A DNA stretch of 64,000 nucleotides from an uncultured virus (IMG/VR IMGVR_UViG_3300032250_000289) (IMGVR_UViG_3300032250_000289); one strand, 5' to 3'. Counted from the first letter of the stretch, positions 15,622 to 25,815 are shown. The notes: a model not told the origin generated them from the sequence alone. Translations and numbers: made by a program.

Positions 15622-16686
15622 ATGATAAACTTGATAAGCCCAATAAATCAATTAGGGTATGGCATAACTGGACTCAATATCCTCAAGTCTTTGAGTAAAA
15701 TAACTGATGTATCTTTTTGGTGTATTGGGCAACCACAAGTAACCACACAAGAGGATGCAGACATTGTTTCTAGCTGCCTCTCAAAAGCCACCATGCCAGA
15801 CTTCAATGCTGCCTGTGTAAGAATTTGGCATCAGCATGATATGTCTCAATTTGTTGGCAAGGGTAATCATATTGGCTATCCAATTTTTGAATTAGATGAA
15901 TTCACAACCATAGAGAAACATCACTTATCATCACTAGACAAAATCTTTGTTTGCTCTAGCTGGGCTAAAGATATAATATGTAATAACATAAGCATTAATA
16001 GAGATAATGTTATTGTTGTTCCACTTGGTGTTGATAGCAATATCTATAAACCAGTTGCTCCCAATAAGTCAGGACCAACAGTATTTTTTAATTGTGGCAA
16101 ATGGGAAATAAGAAAAGGCCACGACATACTATACTCTCTATTTAATCAAGCTTTCAACGTTAGCGATAATGTCGAACTATGGATGATGAATGAGAATCCT
16201 TTTCTTAGTAAAGAAGAGTCTAAAGCTTGGGTAGATTTATATCTTAATTCTAAACTGGGTTCTAAAATTAGGATAATTAATAGGGTGGATACTCAGCAAG
16301 AAGTGTATAATATTATGAAACAAACAGATTGTGGCATATTTCCGTCACGGGCAGAGGGTTGGAATCTAGAATTATTAGAAATGATGGCATGTGGAATAAA
16401 CGTTATAACTACCGGTTATTCTGCTCATACAGAATTTTGTCAAGAAAACCCCTTTAATGTGCCGATTTCATCTAATGAGATAGCCTATGATGGCAAATGG
16501 TTTATGGGAAAATGTGGAAAGTGGGCTAAGATTGGACAATCTGAAAAAGACTTATTTATTGAGCATATGCGTAATATTCATAATCTTAAGCAGAATCAAC
16601 AGCTAATCAGCAATAGTAATGGGATTGAGATAGCTTCTAAATACAATTGGGATAATTCTGCTAGGATAATATTAAACAATGTTTAA
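15622..16686 (+). CDS. GT4 (GT-B) glycosyltransferase
   Basis: VVPLGVD, KWEIRKGHDIL, PSRAEGWNLELLEMMACG. Confidence 0.88.
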   Translation: MINLISPINQLGYGITGLNILKSLSKITDVSFWCIGQPQVTTQEDADIVSSCLSKATMPDFNAACVRIWHQHDMSQFVGKGNHIGYPIFELDEFTTIEKHHLSSLDKIFVCSSWAKDIICNNISINRDNVIVVPLGVDSNIYKPVAPNKSGPTVFFNCGKWEIRKGHDILYSLFNQAFNVSDNVELWMMNENPFLSKEESKAWVDLYLNSKLGSKIRIINRVDTQQEVYNIMKQTDCGIFPSRAEGWNLELLEMMACGINVITTGYSAHTEFCQENPFNVPISSNEIAYDGKWFMGKCGKWAKIGQSEKDLFIEHMRNIHNLKQNQQLISNSNGIEIASKYNWDNSARIILNNV

Positions 16687-17032
16687 TTTCTTCAAAAAAC
16701 CAGATATAATTGAAACCAAAAAAATAGACAATTCGCTAGCCTCTATTTCTTATAAAGCACATGAGAATGGTTCTGTTATAATAGATATTTCACTAAAAGA
16801 CTATGAATCAAAGTCTATCAATGGATTATGTCGCATACTTGATAGTTTAAGTAGCGATGGATGTTTTATAGAAACAATGAATATGATCCAAAAAGGATTA
16901 TCAGAGGATAACCATGAGGAAATTTTACTTCAAATCATTACGCATGTTGGACAACAAGCACGAATAAAGATGATTCAAGATCATAAGGAGATGGAAGATG
17001 AGCCTTGCATAAAGCCTTCCGACATGCTATAA
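16679..17032 (+). CDS. hypothetical protein
   Basis: Coupled ORF. Confidence 0.6.
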   Translation: MFNFFKKPDIIETKKIDNSLASISYKAHENGSVIIDISLKDYESKSINGLCRILDSLSSDGCFIETMNMIQKGLSEDNHEEILLQIITHVGQQARIKMIQDHKEMEDEPCIKPSDML

Positions 17033-17050
17033 TTCCCGTAGGAGAACTCT

Positions 17051-17506
17051 ATGACGAAGTATACTAAAAAAATTGGATGGCAAAAATACGAAGATATGAT
17101 TGAGCAACAGCTATCTTCACCATTATTTGAAACAATAATGCAAAATATGGCCATGCAAAGTCTTGAAAGTTATCCAGAAGACGAAGACGATGAAGAAGAA
17201 GATTATGAGGCAACCCAAGATAAAAAGGGGGATGGTAAGTTTGCTCATGACCCAATGATGATTCCAATGACCTCAAAGCTAATCGAAGATATTACACTGT
17301 TAGCGAATTTTGATTGTTGGATGGCACACACTAATTTCGATATTACCCACAAGATAAAAGATAAATTGAATAAAATTCCCGGTATAGAAGTATTAAGAGT
17401 GTGCAGCAGATATAGATTTTTTGTTGGCATAGGCCAAATGTTTGAGTTTAAAGATGTTAGAAACCATATTGATAAAGAAATCATAAAAGGAGATATTGAT
17501 GAGTGA
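17051..17506 (+). CDS. hypothetical phage protein
   Basis: AGGAG SD; FDCWMAHTNFDIT..IPGIEVL..SRYRFFVGIG. Confidence 0.7.
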   Translation: MTKYTKKIGWQKYEDMIEQQLSSPLFETIMQNMAMQSLESYPEDEDDEEEDYEATQDKKGDGKFAHDPMMIPMTSKLIEDITLLANFDCWMAHTNFDITHKIKDKLNKIPGIEVLRVCSRYRFFVGIGQMFEFKDVRNHIDKEIIKGDIDE

Positions 17507-17978
17507 TAGTTGCATAAATACAAAGATTGAAGATGCTCTAAAAGATGAGAACATAATTAAGTTGATGGCTATGGCCGCGAAAAGGTTTAGAAATCAGCTA
17601 GACGAAGATACCCTACACACTTGCAAGATTAATGCGCTATGGAAGGCTTTTGTTAATCACGACCCTAAAAAAGCAGCCAAATTCACCACATACCTGTATC
17701 ATGGCGTATTCATAGAATGTATGAAAGAGATCAAGTTTAAGAATAAATCTAATAGGCTTGGTGGAAAGCTACATAATAATATATCTGATAATCAAGATCC
17801 TTTTCTTATGATAGATATTCTTGATGAACTCAAGGACGAGACTGAAAAACAGATGTTTATTGATAAGGCTAGTAACTTTACTATTGCTGAAATGTCTGAA
17901 AAATATCAGACAAATAGGGAAAGTACTAGGCGAAAAATGCACAGGATAATAAAAAATATCCAGAAGAAATTTGCTTAA
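17499..17978 (+). CDS. phage-encoded RNA polymerase sigma factor
   Basis: Region-2-like ALWKAFVNHDPKKAAKFTTY and region-4-like FTIAEMSEKYQTNRESTRR; AAAGGAG SD. Confidence 0.75.
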   Translation: MSDSCINTKIEDALKDENIIKLMAMAAKRFRNQLDEDTLHTCKINALWKAFVNHDPKKAAKFTTYLYHGVFIECMKEIKFKNKSNRLGGKLHNNISDNQDPFLMIDILDELKDETEKQMFIDKASNFTIAEMSEKYQTNRESTRRKMHRIIKNIQKKFA

Positions 17979-17980
17979 TG

Positions 17981-17994
17981 GTGTATTAATTATA
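17981..17994 (+). promoter_or_regulatory. putative phage late promoter (GTGTAT core)
   Basis: GTGTATTAATTATA directly after the sigma gene, before the structural block. Confidence 0.5.
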
Positions 17995-18063
17995 TAGGAA
18001 TAGGACGCCATAAGGATTTGGACATATTGAACTCACACAATTTTTATATACTAGGAGAAAAAT

Positions 18064-18693
18064 ATGCCCCTACCTTATACAACTGCAAAAGCTGGCGTTC
18101 AGAAAAACAATGGCGGCGTTATCGTACAGGCTGGTAACGTTTCCACTACAGTAGTAGATTTAAGCCTAATTAACATGGATACTGGCCGTGAATATGGCTC
18201 AAAAGTAATAACAGATACAGCAACTGGACCATTTGGTTATGTAGATCCTAATGGTGTAATCGCCGCCAAATCTGGTGGAACTGGTGGTTTTGCTTATTTT
18301 CCAAAGAAGGATGATAGAAATTTCATCATTCGTGGTGCTGGCGATAGTGCCTCAAAAGTAAATAATGATGTTAATACAACATTAACTATTCCCGGCGGTG
18401 TTCATACCGAAGGTAGTATTAATAAGTTAACTCATACCCATAGACTTGGCTCAGATGCCACTCGCGCTTTCAACGTTTACGCTCGTCCAGCTAGTGGTGT
18501 ATTCCCCGGTTTAACACTTGGTACTGGTTTCGGTGCTGAATCAAACTTTGTTCAGATTGACGGATCAACAGCCGCCACAGACAAAGCTGCTTCACCAACC
18601 CGTGCAGTTCCCGGTGGTCTAACCTTCATGTTTGGTGCCCTAAAGAAGCCCACAACTGTTAATTATAAGGCAAAAGATAGCTACGAGGCATAA
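18064..18693 (+). CDS. putative virion structural protein
   Basis: G/T/A-rich; SPTRAVPGGLTFMFGA..PTTVNYKAK C-terminus; strong SD and downstream hairpin. Confidence 0.55.
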   Translation: MPLPYTTAKAGVQKNNGGVIVQAGNVSTTVVDLSLINMDTGREYGSKVITDTATGPFGYVDPNGVIAAKSGGTGGFAYFPKKDDRNFIIRGAGDSASKVNNDVNTTLTIPGGVHTEGSINKLTHTHRLGSDATRAFNVYARPASGVFPGLTLGTGFGAESNFVQIDGSTAATDKAASPTRAVPGGLTFMFGALKKPTTVNYKAKDSYEA

Positions 18694-18708
18694 TTATTGG
18701 ATAGTAAA

Positions 18709-18752
18709 GGTGGGTGATCCGTATTGTATCGGACACCCACTATACTATTTCT
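18709..18752 (+). terminator. terminator-like hairpin
   Basis: GTGGGTGATCCG-TATTGTAT-CGGACACCCAC. Confidence 0.55.
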
Positions 18753-18764
18753 TGGGAGAATATT

Positions 18765-19355
18765 ATGAATCTGCCTCAACCAGAATATATAGCAATTTTA
18801 ATAAGTTGTGCTGGTGGTTTAGGAACTTTCTTAAGCTTAGTATGGGTAAAAGCTATAAGACCACTCATTACCTTGATGAAAAATCAAGAATCAGTTGGTA
18901 AAGCTGTTGCTGATATTAAAAAAGAATTAACAACCAATGGTGGAAATAGCCTAAAAGATTCTATCATAGATCTAAAAGCAACTTGCAATAGGATGGAAGT
19001 TAGACAAAAAATAATAGAACAACGAACAAAAGCGGCGTTGCATTATAGTATAGTCGCACTGTTTGAAACTGACGATCAAGGCAGAATAACTTGGAACAAT
19101 GAACATTTCTGCCAATTAACAGATAATAAACTACAAAATGCTCAAGGATACGATTGGATTTCATATGTAGATGAAGATGACAGGGAGGACTTTTTGCAGG
19201 AATTTAAGTCATGTTTAAGCATGAATCGTAAATTTATGCGAACTACAAAAACTTCTGATGGAAAATTTGTTAAAATGCTAGGATTTCCTTACAAACTTAA
19301 TGAATCAGAACAGGGTGGTTTTTTAGTCAGTGTCTCCGAAATAAAAGAGGTATAA
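18765..19355 (+). CDS. membrane protein with C-terminal PAS domain
   Basis: TM, ELTTNGGNSLKD, then LFETDDQGRITWNNEHFCQLT..QGYDWISYVDEDDRE (PAS pattern); GGGAG SD before ATG 18765. Confidence 0.75.
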   Translation: MNLPQPEYIAILISCAGGLGTFLSLVWVKAIRPLITLMKNQESVGKAVADIKKELTTNGGNSLKDSIIDLKATCNRMEVRQKIIEQRTKAALHYSIVALFETDDQGRITWNNEHFCQLTDNKLQNAQGYDWISYVDEDDREDFLQEFKSCLSMNRKFMRTTKTSDGKFVKMLGFPYKLNESEQGGFLVSVSEIKEV

Positions 19356-19356
19356 T

Positions 19357-19605
19357 ATGTTAGATTCAAAAGCTTTCGAACTTAACAGTAATGATCTTAA
19401 GGCTGTTGCTAAAAACGCACTACTGGTGGGTTTAGCCGCAGTTTTAACTTATGTTGGTCAAAATTTATCCAATATTGATCTTGGTGCTGGTACAGCTTTA
19501 GTTGTTCCAGTATTAACGTTAGTCATCGACTCACTAGTAAAGTGGGTTAAGGATAATGTTAGTCACAAAGAAGTTACAACTACTCCAGCCCCACAGGTAA
19601 AGTAA
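19357..19605 (+). CDS. holin-like two-TM small protein
   Basis: ALLVGLAAVLTYV and LVVPVLTLVIDSLV helices, charged C-terminus. Confidence 0.5.
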   Translation: MLDSKAFELNSNDLKAVAKNALLVGLAAVLTYVGQNLSNIDLGAGTALVVPVLTLVIDSLVKWVKDNVSHKEVTTTPAPQVK

Positions 19606-20522
19606 TGTTTAAGACACCAAATGACCTTTTAAAAGCTTATAGAAATGGCCTTAATGGGTCATGGTGCGATCCAGAAGATGTGGCAAAACTCTTAGGGGAA
19701 TTGCCACATCCTTTGTTTGGAGCCGCAGCTTATAATCTTACTGGAAGTGGAAAAGGTAAACTAGCACTTCCTTTTAAATCTATTCTTAAGTTTGACCCAA
19801 ATTTTGGTCACACAGAAAAACAAGTACAGGGGGATTGTGTCTCCCATGCTACTCGTAATAGTGTTGATATTACACGATGCTGCGAAATAATAGGTGGCGA
19901 ATCAGAAGAATTCATCGCCAAGGGTGCAACAGAAGGTATCTACGGTTCTCGCGGACATGGTGGCGAGGGCATGAGTTGTTCTGGTGCTGCACGGTTCGTA
20001 CATGAAACCGGCGGTATATTGGTAAGACAAAAATATGGAGATATTGATCTATCAACATATAGCGCTATTGGTGGTAGGTGGGGAAGTGCCGGTGTTCCAA
20101 AATCTCTAGTACAAGAAGCTAAAAAACATCAAGTAAAAACAATTAGTCTTATTAATACCGTCGAGCAAGCTAGAGACGCTCTATTTAATGGTTATGCAAT
20201 TAGTGTATGTTCTGACCTTGGATTTTCGTCACGAAGAGATCAACATGGAATAGCAAAAAGAAGTGGTTCTTGGAATCACGCGATGGCTTGGATAGCAATG
20301 GATGATACACATGAGATTCATAAAGAAACATTATTTTTGGTCCAAAATAGTTGGGGAATTTGGAACAATGGCCCCAAACGCCTTGATCAACCAGAAGGTA
20401 GTTTCTGGATTAGAGAAAGCGATGCTGCTTATATGTTATCATTAAATGGCTCATGGGTCTTTAGTGACGTTAATGGTTTTCCACCAAGACAAGTAACATG
20501 GACACTTAACGAGGTATTTTAA
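19605..20522 (+). CDS. papain-like (C1) cysteine peptidase
   Basis: QVQGDCVSHA, WNHAM, VQNSWG catalytic Cys/His/Asn motifs. Confidence 0.82.
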   Translation: MFKTPNDLLKAYRNGLNGSWCDPEDVAKLLGELPHPLFGAAAYNLTGSGKGKLALPFKSILKFDPNFGHTEKQVQGDCVSHATRNSVDITRCCEIIGGESEEFIAKGATEGIYGSRGHGGEGMSCSGAARFVHETGGILVRQKYGDIDLSTYSAIGGRWGSAGVPKSLVQEAKKHQVKTISLINTVEQARDALFNGYAISVCSDLGFSSRRDQHGIAKRSGSWNHAMAWIAMDDTHEIHKETLFLVQNSWGIWNNGPKRLDQPEGSFWIRESDAAYMLSLNGSWVFSDVNGFPPRQVTWTLNEVF

Positions 20523-23500
20523 TGTCTACTAGGTATGAAATATTCCAGATACGCAGAGGATCAAGTGTAGACTTTGCGGCAGCTAATACTTTATTAGCAT
20601 CTGGTGAACCAGCATATGCTATAGACACAAAAATATTGAAAGTTGGTGACGGTGTTAGTCGTTGGAATTCTTTGGGCGGTATTACTGGTGATATTCCAGT
20701 AGGTGTAGCATCACAAGACTATGTATTAAATGCTATTTCTGGGGTGATTGATGCCGCCCCAAGTCTACTTAATACATTAAATGAATTAGCCGCCGCTCTT
20801 GGTGATGATGCTAACTTTGCAACAACAGTAGTTAGCTCAATTAATCAAAAGGCTAATTTATCTGGTGGAAATACTTTCACTGGTTATAATGTGATTCCAA
20901 GTGGTAATGGCAACTTCAATATTCTATCAATTAGTGGAGTTGGAGTTAGCGTTAAGGGTCATTCTCACGTTATTAATGATGTTACTGATTTACAGTCTAC
21001 TCTAGACAATAAAGCTTCTAGCTCACACACCCATACATCTTCTCAAATAACTGATTTTGCAACGTCTGTTAGTGGAGTTATTAGCGTTAGTGGAAACTAT
21101 GCTCGTAATAATAACCCAACATTTACTGGATATGTTACAATACCCAGCGGGAACGGTAATTTTGATATACTTTCAATAAGCGGCATTGGAGTTAGTGTTA
21201 AAGGTCACACTCATTTAGCTTCAGATATAACTAATTTTAATAGCGCTGTTAGTGGCGCTGTATATGGTTATTATGCCGCCATTAGTGGGGCCACATTTAC
21301 TGGATCAATCTCATCTCCAAGTGGTAATTTTTCCCAATCTCTAAAAATTAATAATGTTGACGTTAGCGTTAGCGGTCACACTCATTCGTTAGTTATTGGT
21401 GATGGTAGTATAGACAAAATATCTTACCTATCTAATGAAAGATTAAATGTTGTTGGTGGCAGTGGCACAACGGTAATTTATGATGATACAACAAACACGC
21501 TAACTATTCATAGTTCTGGAACAACAACTGGTAACGGTGGTGGCGGTAGTTCCACAATATATAATTACGCTGATAATCGATTATTAACTTCTGATGGAAC
21601 AACATCTGGTATTTATGCTGAAAGTAATCTAACATTTGATGGATCAACTTTAAAGGCTAATAATATCGCGGTCAGTTTATCTGGACACAGCCATGTCTCA
21701 TCAGATATTACTAATTTTGCTTCTAGCGTTAGCGGATTACTACCAGTTAAACAATTAACCGCTGGCTACGACATTAGTATCACAGATAATTCTAATGGTA
21801 GTTATTCAATAGCATCAACCAATCTTGTTCATGTTGATAGTAAACAACCTCAAGGATTTGTTAATAGAACCGATAGTAGAATAAGTGTTAGTGGTAATAT
21901 TTTCAAAATTGAACCAACTGGATCATCTTATAGTATTTATAATCAAGGTATTAAAGTAACAAAAACATTATCAGAAACTATTACTATACCATCTGGACTA
22001 ACTCAGATAAATTATATCCATTTTAACACCAGCACCAATTTATTAGATAGTAAGACAACTCCATTTGATTTTAATACCGACATTCCAATAGCTTACATAG
22101 CATGGAACGGTGGAATAAATCCCAGTGGACAAATGACTTTTTTTGCTGAAGAACGTCACGGAATTGTGATGGACACTAGCACTCATAAGTGGATTCATAA
22201 TACTTTTGGCGCACAATATGTTGATGGTTTGAGTATTAGTAATTATATTTTAGGCGGAAATGGGTCTAGTAATAGTCATGCAACTATATCAATCGGTAAT
22301 GGCACTCTTTATCAAGAGGATATTGAGATAAATATTACTGATAGTTCTAGTACTGATCCGTTCTGTCAAGAATTGAGTCCGATTGCTCAAATTCCCGTTT
22401 ATTATCACCAAGGAACTACCGGTCAGTGGGTTAAGAATACCGCAACAGACTACCCCGTTAAATATGGTGCTAATGGACCACAATATAACTTATTAAGCGG
22501 TGGAACTTGGACAATCCCAGATGTTAGTCCCGGTGGACAAACAAGATATTTCGCAGTATGGATTCTTGCAACTAATCAGATTGATGATCCTATAATTAGT
22601 ATTATGGGTCAAAGAATTGATAGCAACGAAGGAGCCGCTGAAAATAATAACTCTTGGAGCGATGTTAATCTTACTAATCTTCCATTAAGTGAAGTTAAAC
22701 CTCTTTATCGACTAATATTTGCTGCTGATAGCAACAGCTACACAAATGTTCCTAAGTGTACTTTACGTAGTATTCTTGATATACGAGTAGCCGTAATTAG
22801 TACTATTGCTGGAGTTTCTCAGAATGATCACGGGAGTTTATTCGGACTAGGTGACGATGATCACAGTCAATATGTCCATATAGATAACGCAAGGACGATA
22901 AATGCTACACACGTATTCCAAAATGGTATAACGTTTGATGGTAGCGGCACACAGAACGTTGCATACATTCCAAATACAGTTAATATTACTGGCGGTTCTG
23001 GCGATTTTTCATCATTAAAATTAAATTCAACCACAGTATCAGTTAGTGGACACACCCATACATCATCTAATATTACTGATTTTAGTAGTTCCGTTAGCGG
23101 TTTACTTCCAGTTAAGAATATAATTGCTGGTAATAACGTGACGGTATCATCTACTGATGGAGTTTATACTGTTAATAGTACAGCCAGCGGCGGTTCTTCT
23201 AGTATAGACGCGGGAACATATCCATTAATAACAATATCTTCACAACCTTCATCGACAAATGTAGCAGTGGCTGGGACTGCAACTTTTAGCGTTACGGCAG
23301 CAGCAACATCTCCAAATTCATCAATAGCTTATCAGTGGCAAGAAAGTACTAATAATTCATTTTGGACAAATATTTCTGGCTCAACATCATCTACGCTAAC
23401 CCTCACTAATGTTCAAAGTGATAAAAATGGATACTATTATAGATGTAATTTACAGTCATTATTATCAAACATATTTTCTAACTCTGCTGTATTAACAGTG

Positions 23501-23965
23501 GGAACAACAACAACCACCACAACAACCACAACAACCACCACAACAACCACAACAACCTCAACGACAACCACAACAACCACCACAACAACGGCTGCGCCAT
23601 CACTTTTAACAATAACGAGAGACAACGGCACTAGCACGTTCACTGTTTCTGGCGCGGGAGGAAATACGTTCACGCGCGTACTTGGGACAGAGCTTTCGCA
23701 GACGGACGGTTTGAGTCACTACAGTTGGACTGCAATCGCAACCGCAACGGTCTCGTTTTCATTCCAATACTCTGATGATGATGGGTCTGGTCAAAGTTGG
23801 TCAATCACGCGGACAAGAAGCGGAAATACTACGACACAACTCACCGGCCAGAACAACCCCTCTGGCGTGACGGTATCAGTCATCTCAGGCGACGTTTTGA
23901 GAATTACTGCTAGTGGCGATCAAAGTCTTCAGTATTTTGCCAACGTTAGTGTATCCGCAGCATAG
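20522..23965 (+). CDS. long tail fibre/adhesin
   Basis: IRRGS..LASGEPAY..LKVGDG N-domain, LNTLNELAAALGDDANF, six HxH fibre repeats, Ig-like domain, poly-Thr linker. Confidence 0.85.
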   Translation: MSTRYEIFQIRRGSSVDFAAANTLLASGEPAYAIDTKILKVGDGVSRWNSLGGITGDIPVGVASQDYVLNAISGVIDAAPSLLNTLNELAAALGDDANFATTVVSSINQKANLSGGNTFTGYNVIPSGNGNFNILSISGVGVSVKGHSHVINDVTDLQSTLDNKASSSHTHTSSQITDFATSVSGVISVSGNYARNNNPTFTGYVTIPSGNGNFDILSISGIGVSVKGHTHLASDITNFNSAVSGAVYGYYAAISGATFTGSISSPSGNFSQSLKINNVDVSVSGHTHSLVIGDGSIDKISYLSNERLNVVGGSGTTVIYDDTTNTLTIHSSGTTTGNGGGGSSTIYNYADNRLLTSDGTTSGIYAESNLTFDGSTLKANNIAVSLSGHSHVSSDITNFASSVSGLLPVKQLTAGYDISITDNSNGSYSIASTNLVHVDSKQPQGFVNRTDSRISVSGNIFKIEPTGSSYSIYNQGIKVTKTLSETITIPSGLTQINYIHFNTSTNLLDSKTTPFDFNTDIPIAYIAWNGGINPSGQMTFFAEERHGIVMDTSTHKWIHNTFGAQYVDGLSISNYILGGNGSSNSHATISIGNGTLYQEDIEINITDSSSTDPFCQELSPIAQIPVYYHQGTTGQWVKNTATDYPVKYGANGPQYNLLSGGTWTIPDVSPGGQTRYFAVWILATNQIDDPIISIMGQRIDSNEGAAENNNSWSDVNLTNLPLSEVKPLYRLIFAADSNSYTNVPKCTLRSILDIRVAVISTIAGVSQNDHGSLFGLGDDDHSQYVHIDNARTINATHVFQNGITFDGSGTQNVAYIPNTVNITGGSGDFSSLKLNSTTVSVSGHTHTSSNITDFSSSVSGLLPVKNIIAGNNVTVSSTDGVYTVNSTASGGSSSIDAGTYPLITISSQPSSTNVAVAGTATFSVTAAATSPNSSIAYQWQESTNNSFWTNISGSTSSTLTLTNVQSDKNGYYYRCNLQSLLSNIFSNSAVLTVGTTTTTTTTTTTTTTTTTTSTTTTTTTTTTAAPSLLTITRDNGTSTFTVSGAGGNTFTRVLGTELSQTDGLSHYSWTAIATATVSFSFQYSDDDGSGQSWSITRTRSGNTTTQLTGQNNPSGVTVSVISGDVLRITASGDQSLQYFANVSVSAA
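23504..23590 (+). repeat. ACN-codon low-complexity repeat encoding poly-Thr
   Basis: About 29 codons, nearly all Thr. Confidence 0.9.
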
Positions 23966-23975
23966 GAGATTTTAA

Positions 23976-24218
23976 ATGCCAGATATTCAAATTAAAAGAG
24001 GATTAGCAACAGCACTTAGTGCTACCAATCCAATTGTTGCTAGTGGCGAACCAATATTTGAAACTGATACTCTCAAATTAAAAATTGGGAACGGCGTTAC
24101 AGCATATAATAGTTTAGGAGTAGTAGGTAGCGGAACATTTTTTCCACTATCTTCAAATACAAATCCCACCAATATAATAAATAGTTCAAATCTTTATTTA
24201 TGGGCAAATTTTAGATAG
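23976..24218 (+). CDS. short protein made of the tail-fibre N-terminal domain
   Basis: IQIKRG..ASGEPIFETDTLKLKIGNG. Confidence 0.7.
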   Translation: MPDIQIKRGLATALSATNPIVASGEPIFETDTLKLKIGNGVTAYNSLGVVGSGTFFPLSSNTNPTNIINSSNLYLWANFR

Positions 24219-24228
24219 GAGATCGATT

Positions 24229-24612
24229 ATGGCAACTAGTCCAGTTTTCGCAGTAACACCAAGAATATCATCTGTTTCTATAGCTACTGCCGAAGCTAGT
24301 TATACGGCTCCAACCAGCTTTGGGACTTTAATTACGGGGGCTAGTACGGGTACTAGAATCTCTGAAATTGTAGTCAAATGCGCTGCTACAAGTGCTGCGG
24401 CTATCGTTAGAATATTTCTTCACGATGGGTCAACATACTTTCTATTTGATGAAATAACTGTGGCGGCAGCTACGGGGTCAGCTACAGTACAGCAAACCAG
24501 AGTTAGTAACACATACAATAATCTAATTCTACCTAGTGCTTCTTATTCAGTAAGAGTCACAACATCAGTATCCCAAGCAACACACGTTACAGCTTTAGGG
24601 GCAGATCTATAA
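24229..24612 (+). CDS. virion-associated beta-sandwich protein
   Basis: GASTGTRISEIVVK..VRIFLHDG..LILPSA..ALGADL; located in the tail region. Confidence 0.65.
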   Translation: MATSPVFAVTPRISSVSIATAEASYTAPTSFGTLITGASTGTRISEIVVKCAATSAAAIVRIFLHDGSTYFLFDEITVAAATGSATVQQTRVSNTYNNLILPSASYSVRVTTSVSQATHVTALGADL

Positions 24613-25484
24613 TGAATCAAGGCATTTATTCTATTGGAAATTCAGCAATTGCCTCAGTACCATATGGTGTTAATGGTGTCACTGCTCCCACTAGTATTAC
24701 TGCACTGGTTGTTGGTGGTGGTGGTGGTGGTGGATTTTATGGTGCTGGTGGAGGAGGCGGTGGCGTACAAGAGCAAGCGGTTATTGTTACGCTTGGAACA
24801 GCTTATAGCGTTACCGTTGGTGCCGGTGGAACTGCTAGCACGGGGGCTGATACTAGGGCCGGTCTTGGCTCGCCTTCAACGTTTGCTAGTATAGTTAGCG
24901 TTGGTGGCGGCTCTGGTGGAACGCGAACCGTAACTAGTGCCACGCAGGGTATTCATGCACCGGGATATCCCGGTTCTTCTGGTGGTGGTGGCTATGCAAC
25001 CAATGGTCCCGGTCTGTCTGTTGGTCAGGGAAATGTTGGAACAGTCGGAACCGCAGCCGGTTTTTCTGGTGGCGGTGGCGGCGCTGGCGATGCTGCTGGA
25101 GCTACTGTGGCTGGAACTCGCGGGGGCGCAGGAGGAGCAGGCAAGGTTTCTATAAGTACAGGCTCCACATATGGAGGAGGTGGAGGTGGTGGTTCAGCAA
25201 ACGCTGGAAATTTTGCTACTGGCGGTTCTGGTGGTGGTGGCAGGGGAGGATCTGCAACAGGTCAAACTAATGGTAGTGCTGGAAGCACAAATACTGGCGG
25301 TGGCGGCGGTGGTGGTAGCACCAATGTTTCTGGAGGCTCTGGAGGATCTGGGGTAGTAATCTTAAAATTTAATTCGGCTTTAAATATAACTATTGGAGTA
25401 GGTTTAACATATTCATCAACAATTTCTGGTAGTGACAGAATAGTAACCATCACAGCCGGAACAGACACAGTGAGCTTTTATTAA
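24612..25484 (+). CDS. glycine-rich tail/adhesin protein
   Basis: LVVGGGGGGG..YSVTVGAGG..TNTGGGGGG..GGSGVVILK. Confidence 0.8.
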   Translation: MNQGIYSIGNSAIASVPYGVNGVTAPTSITALVVGGGGGGGFYGAGGGGGGVQEQAVIVTLGTAYSVTVGAGGTASTGADTRAGLGSPSTFASIVSVGGGSGGTRTVTSATQGIHAPGYPGSSGGGGYATNGPGLSVGQGNVGTVGTAAGFSGGGGGAGDAAGATVAGTRGGAGGAGKVSISTGSTYGGGGGGGSANAGNFATGGSGGGGRGGSATGQTNGSAGSTNTGGGGGGGSTNVSGGSGGSGVVILKFNSALNITIGVGLTYSSTISGSDRIVTITAGTDTVSFY

Positions 25485-25485
25485 T

Positions 25486-25797
25486 ATGGCACATTACGCT
25501 TTTTTAGATGAAAATAATGTAGTAACAGAAGTTATTGCTGGAAATAATGAATCTACGGATACCGATTGGGAGATTTACTATTCTAACATTCGTAATCAAG
25601 TCTGTAAACGAACATCATATAATACTATGCATGGAGTTCATAATAATGGTGGAACCCCGTTTAGGATGAATTATGCTGGTATAGGTTACATTTTTCGTGA
25701 AGACATTAATTCCCCAGAAGGCGCTTTTATTACACCGTGTCCCGGCGAAAATTATACTTTAGATGAAAATACCGGACTATGGGTAGAGAACGGCTAG
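25486..25797 (+). CDS. phage tail-associated protein
   Basis: MAHYAFLDENNVVTEVI..KRTSYN..FRMNYAGIGY, a family usually paired with Gly-rich fibres. Confidence 0.75.
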   Translation: MAHYAFLDENNVVTEVIAGNNESTDTDWEIYYSNIRNQVCKRTSYNTMHGVHNNGGTPFRMNYAGIGYIFREDINSPEGAFITPCPGENYTLDENTGLWVENG

Positions 25798-25815
25798 AAT
25801 AATTAAAGACTTAAT

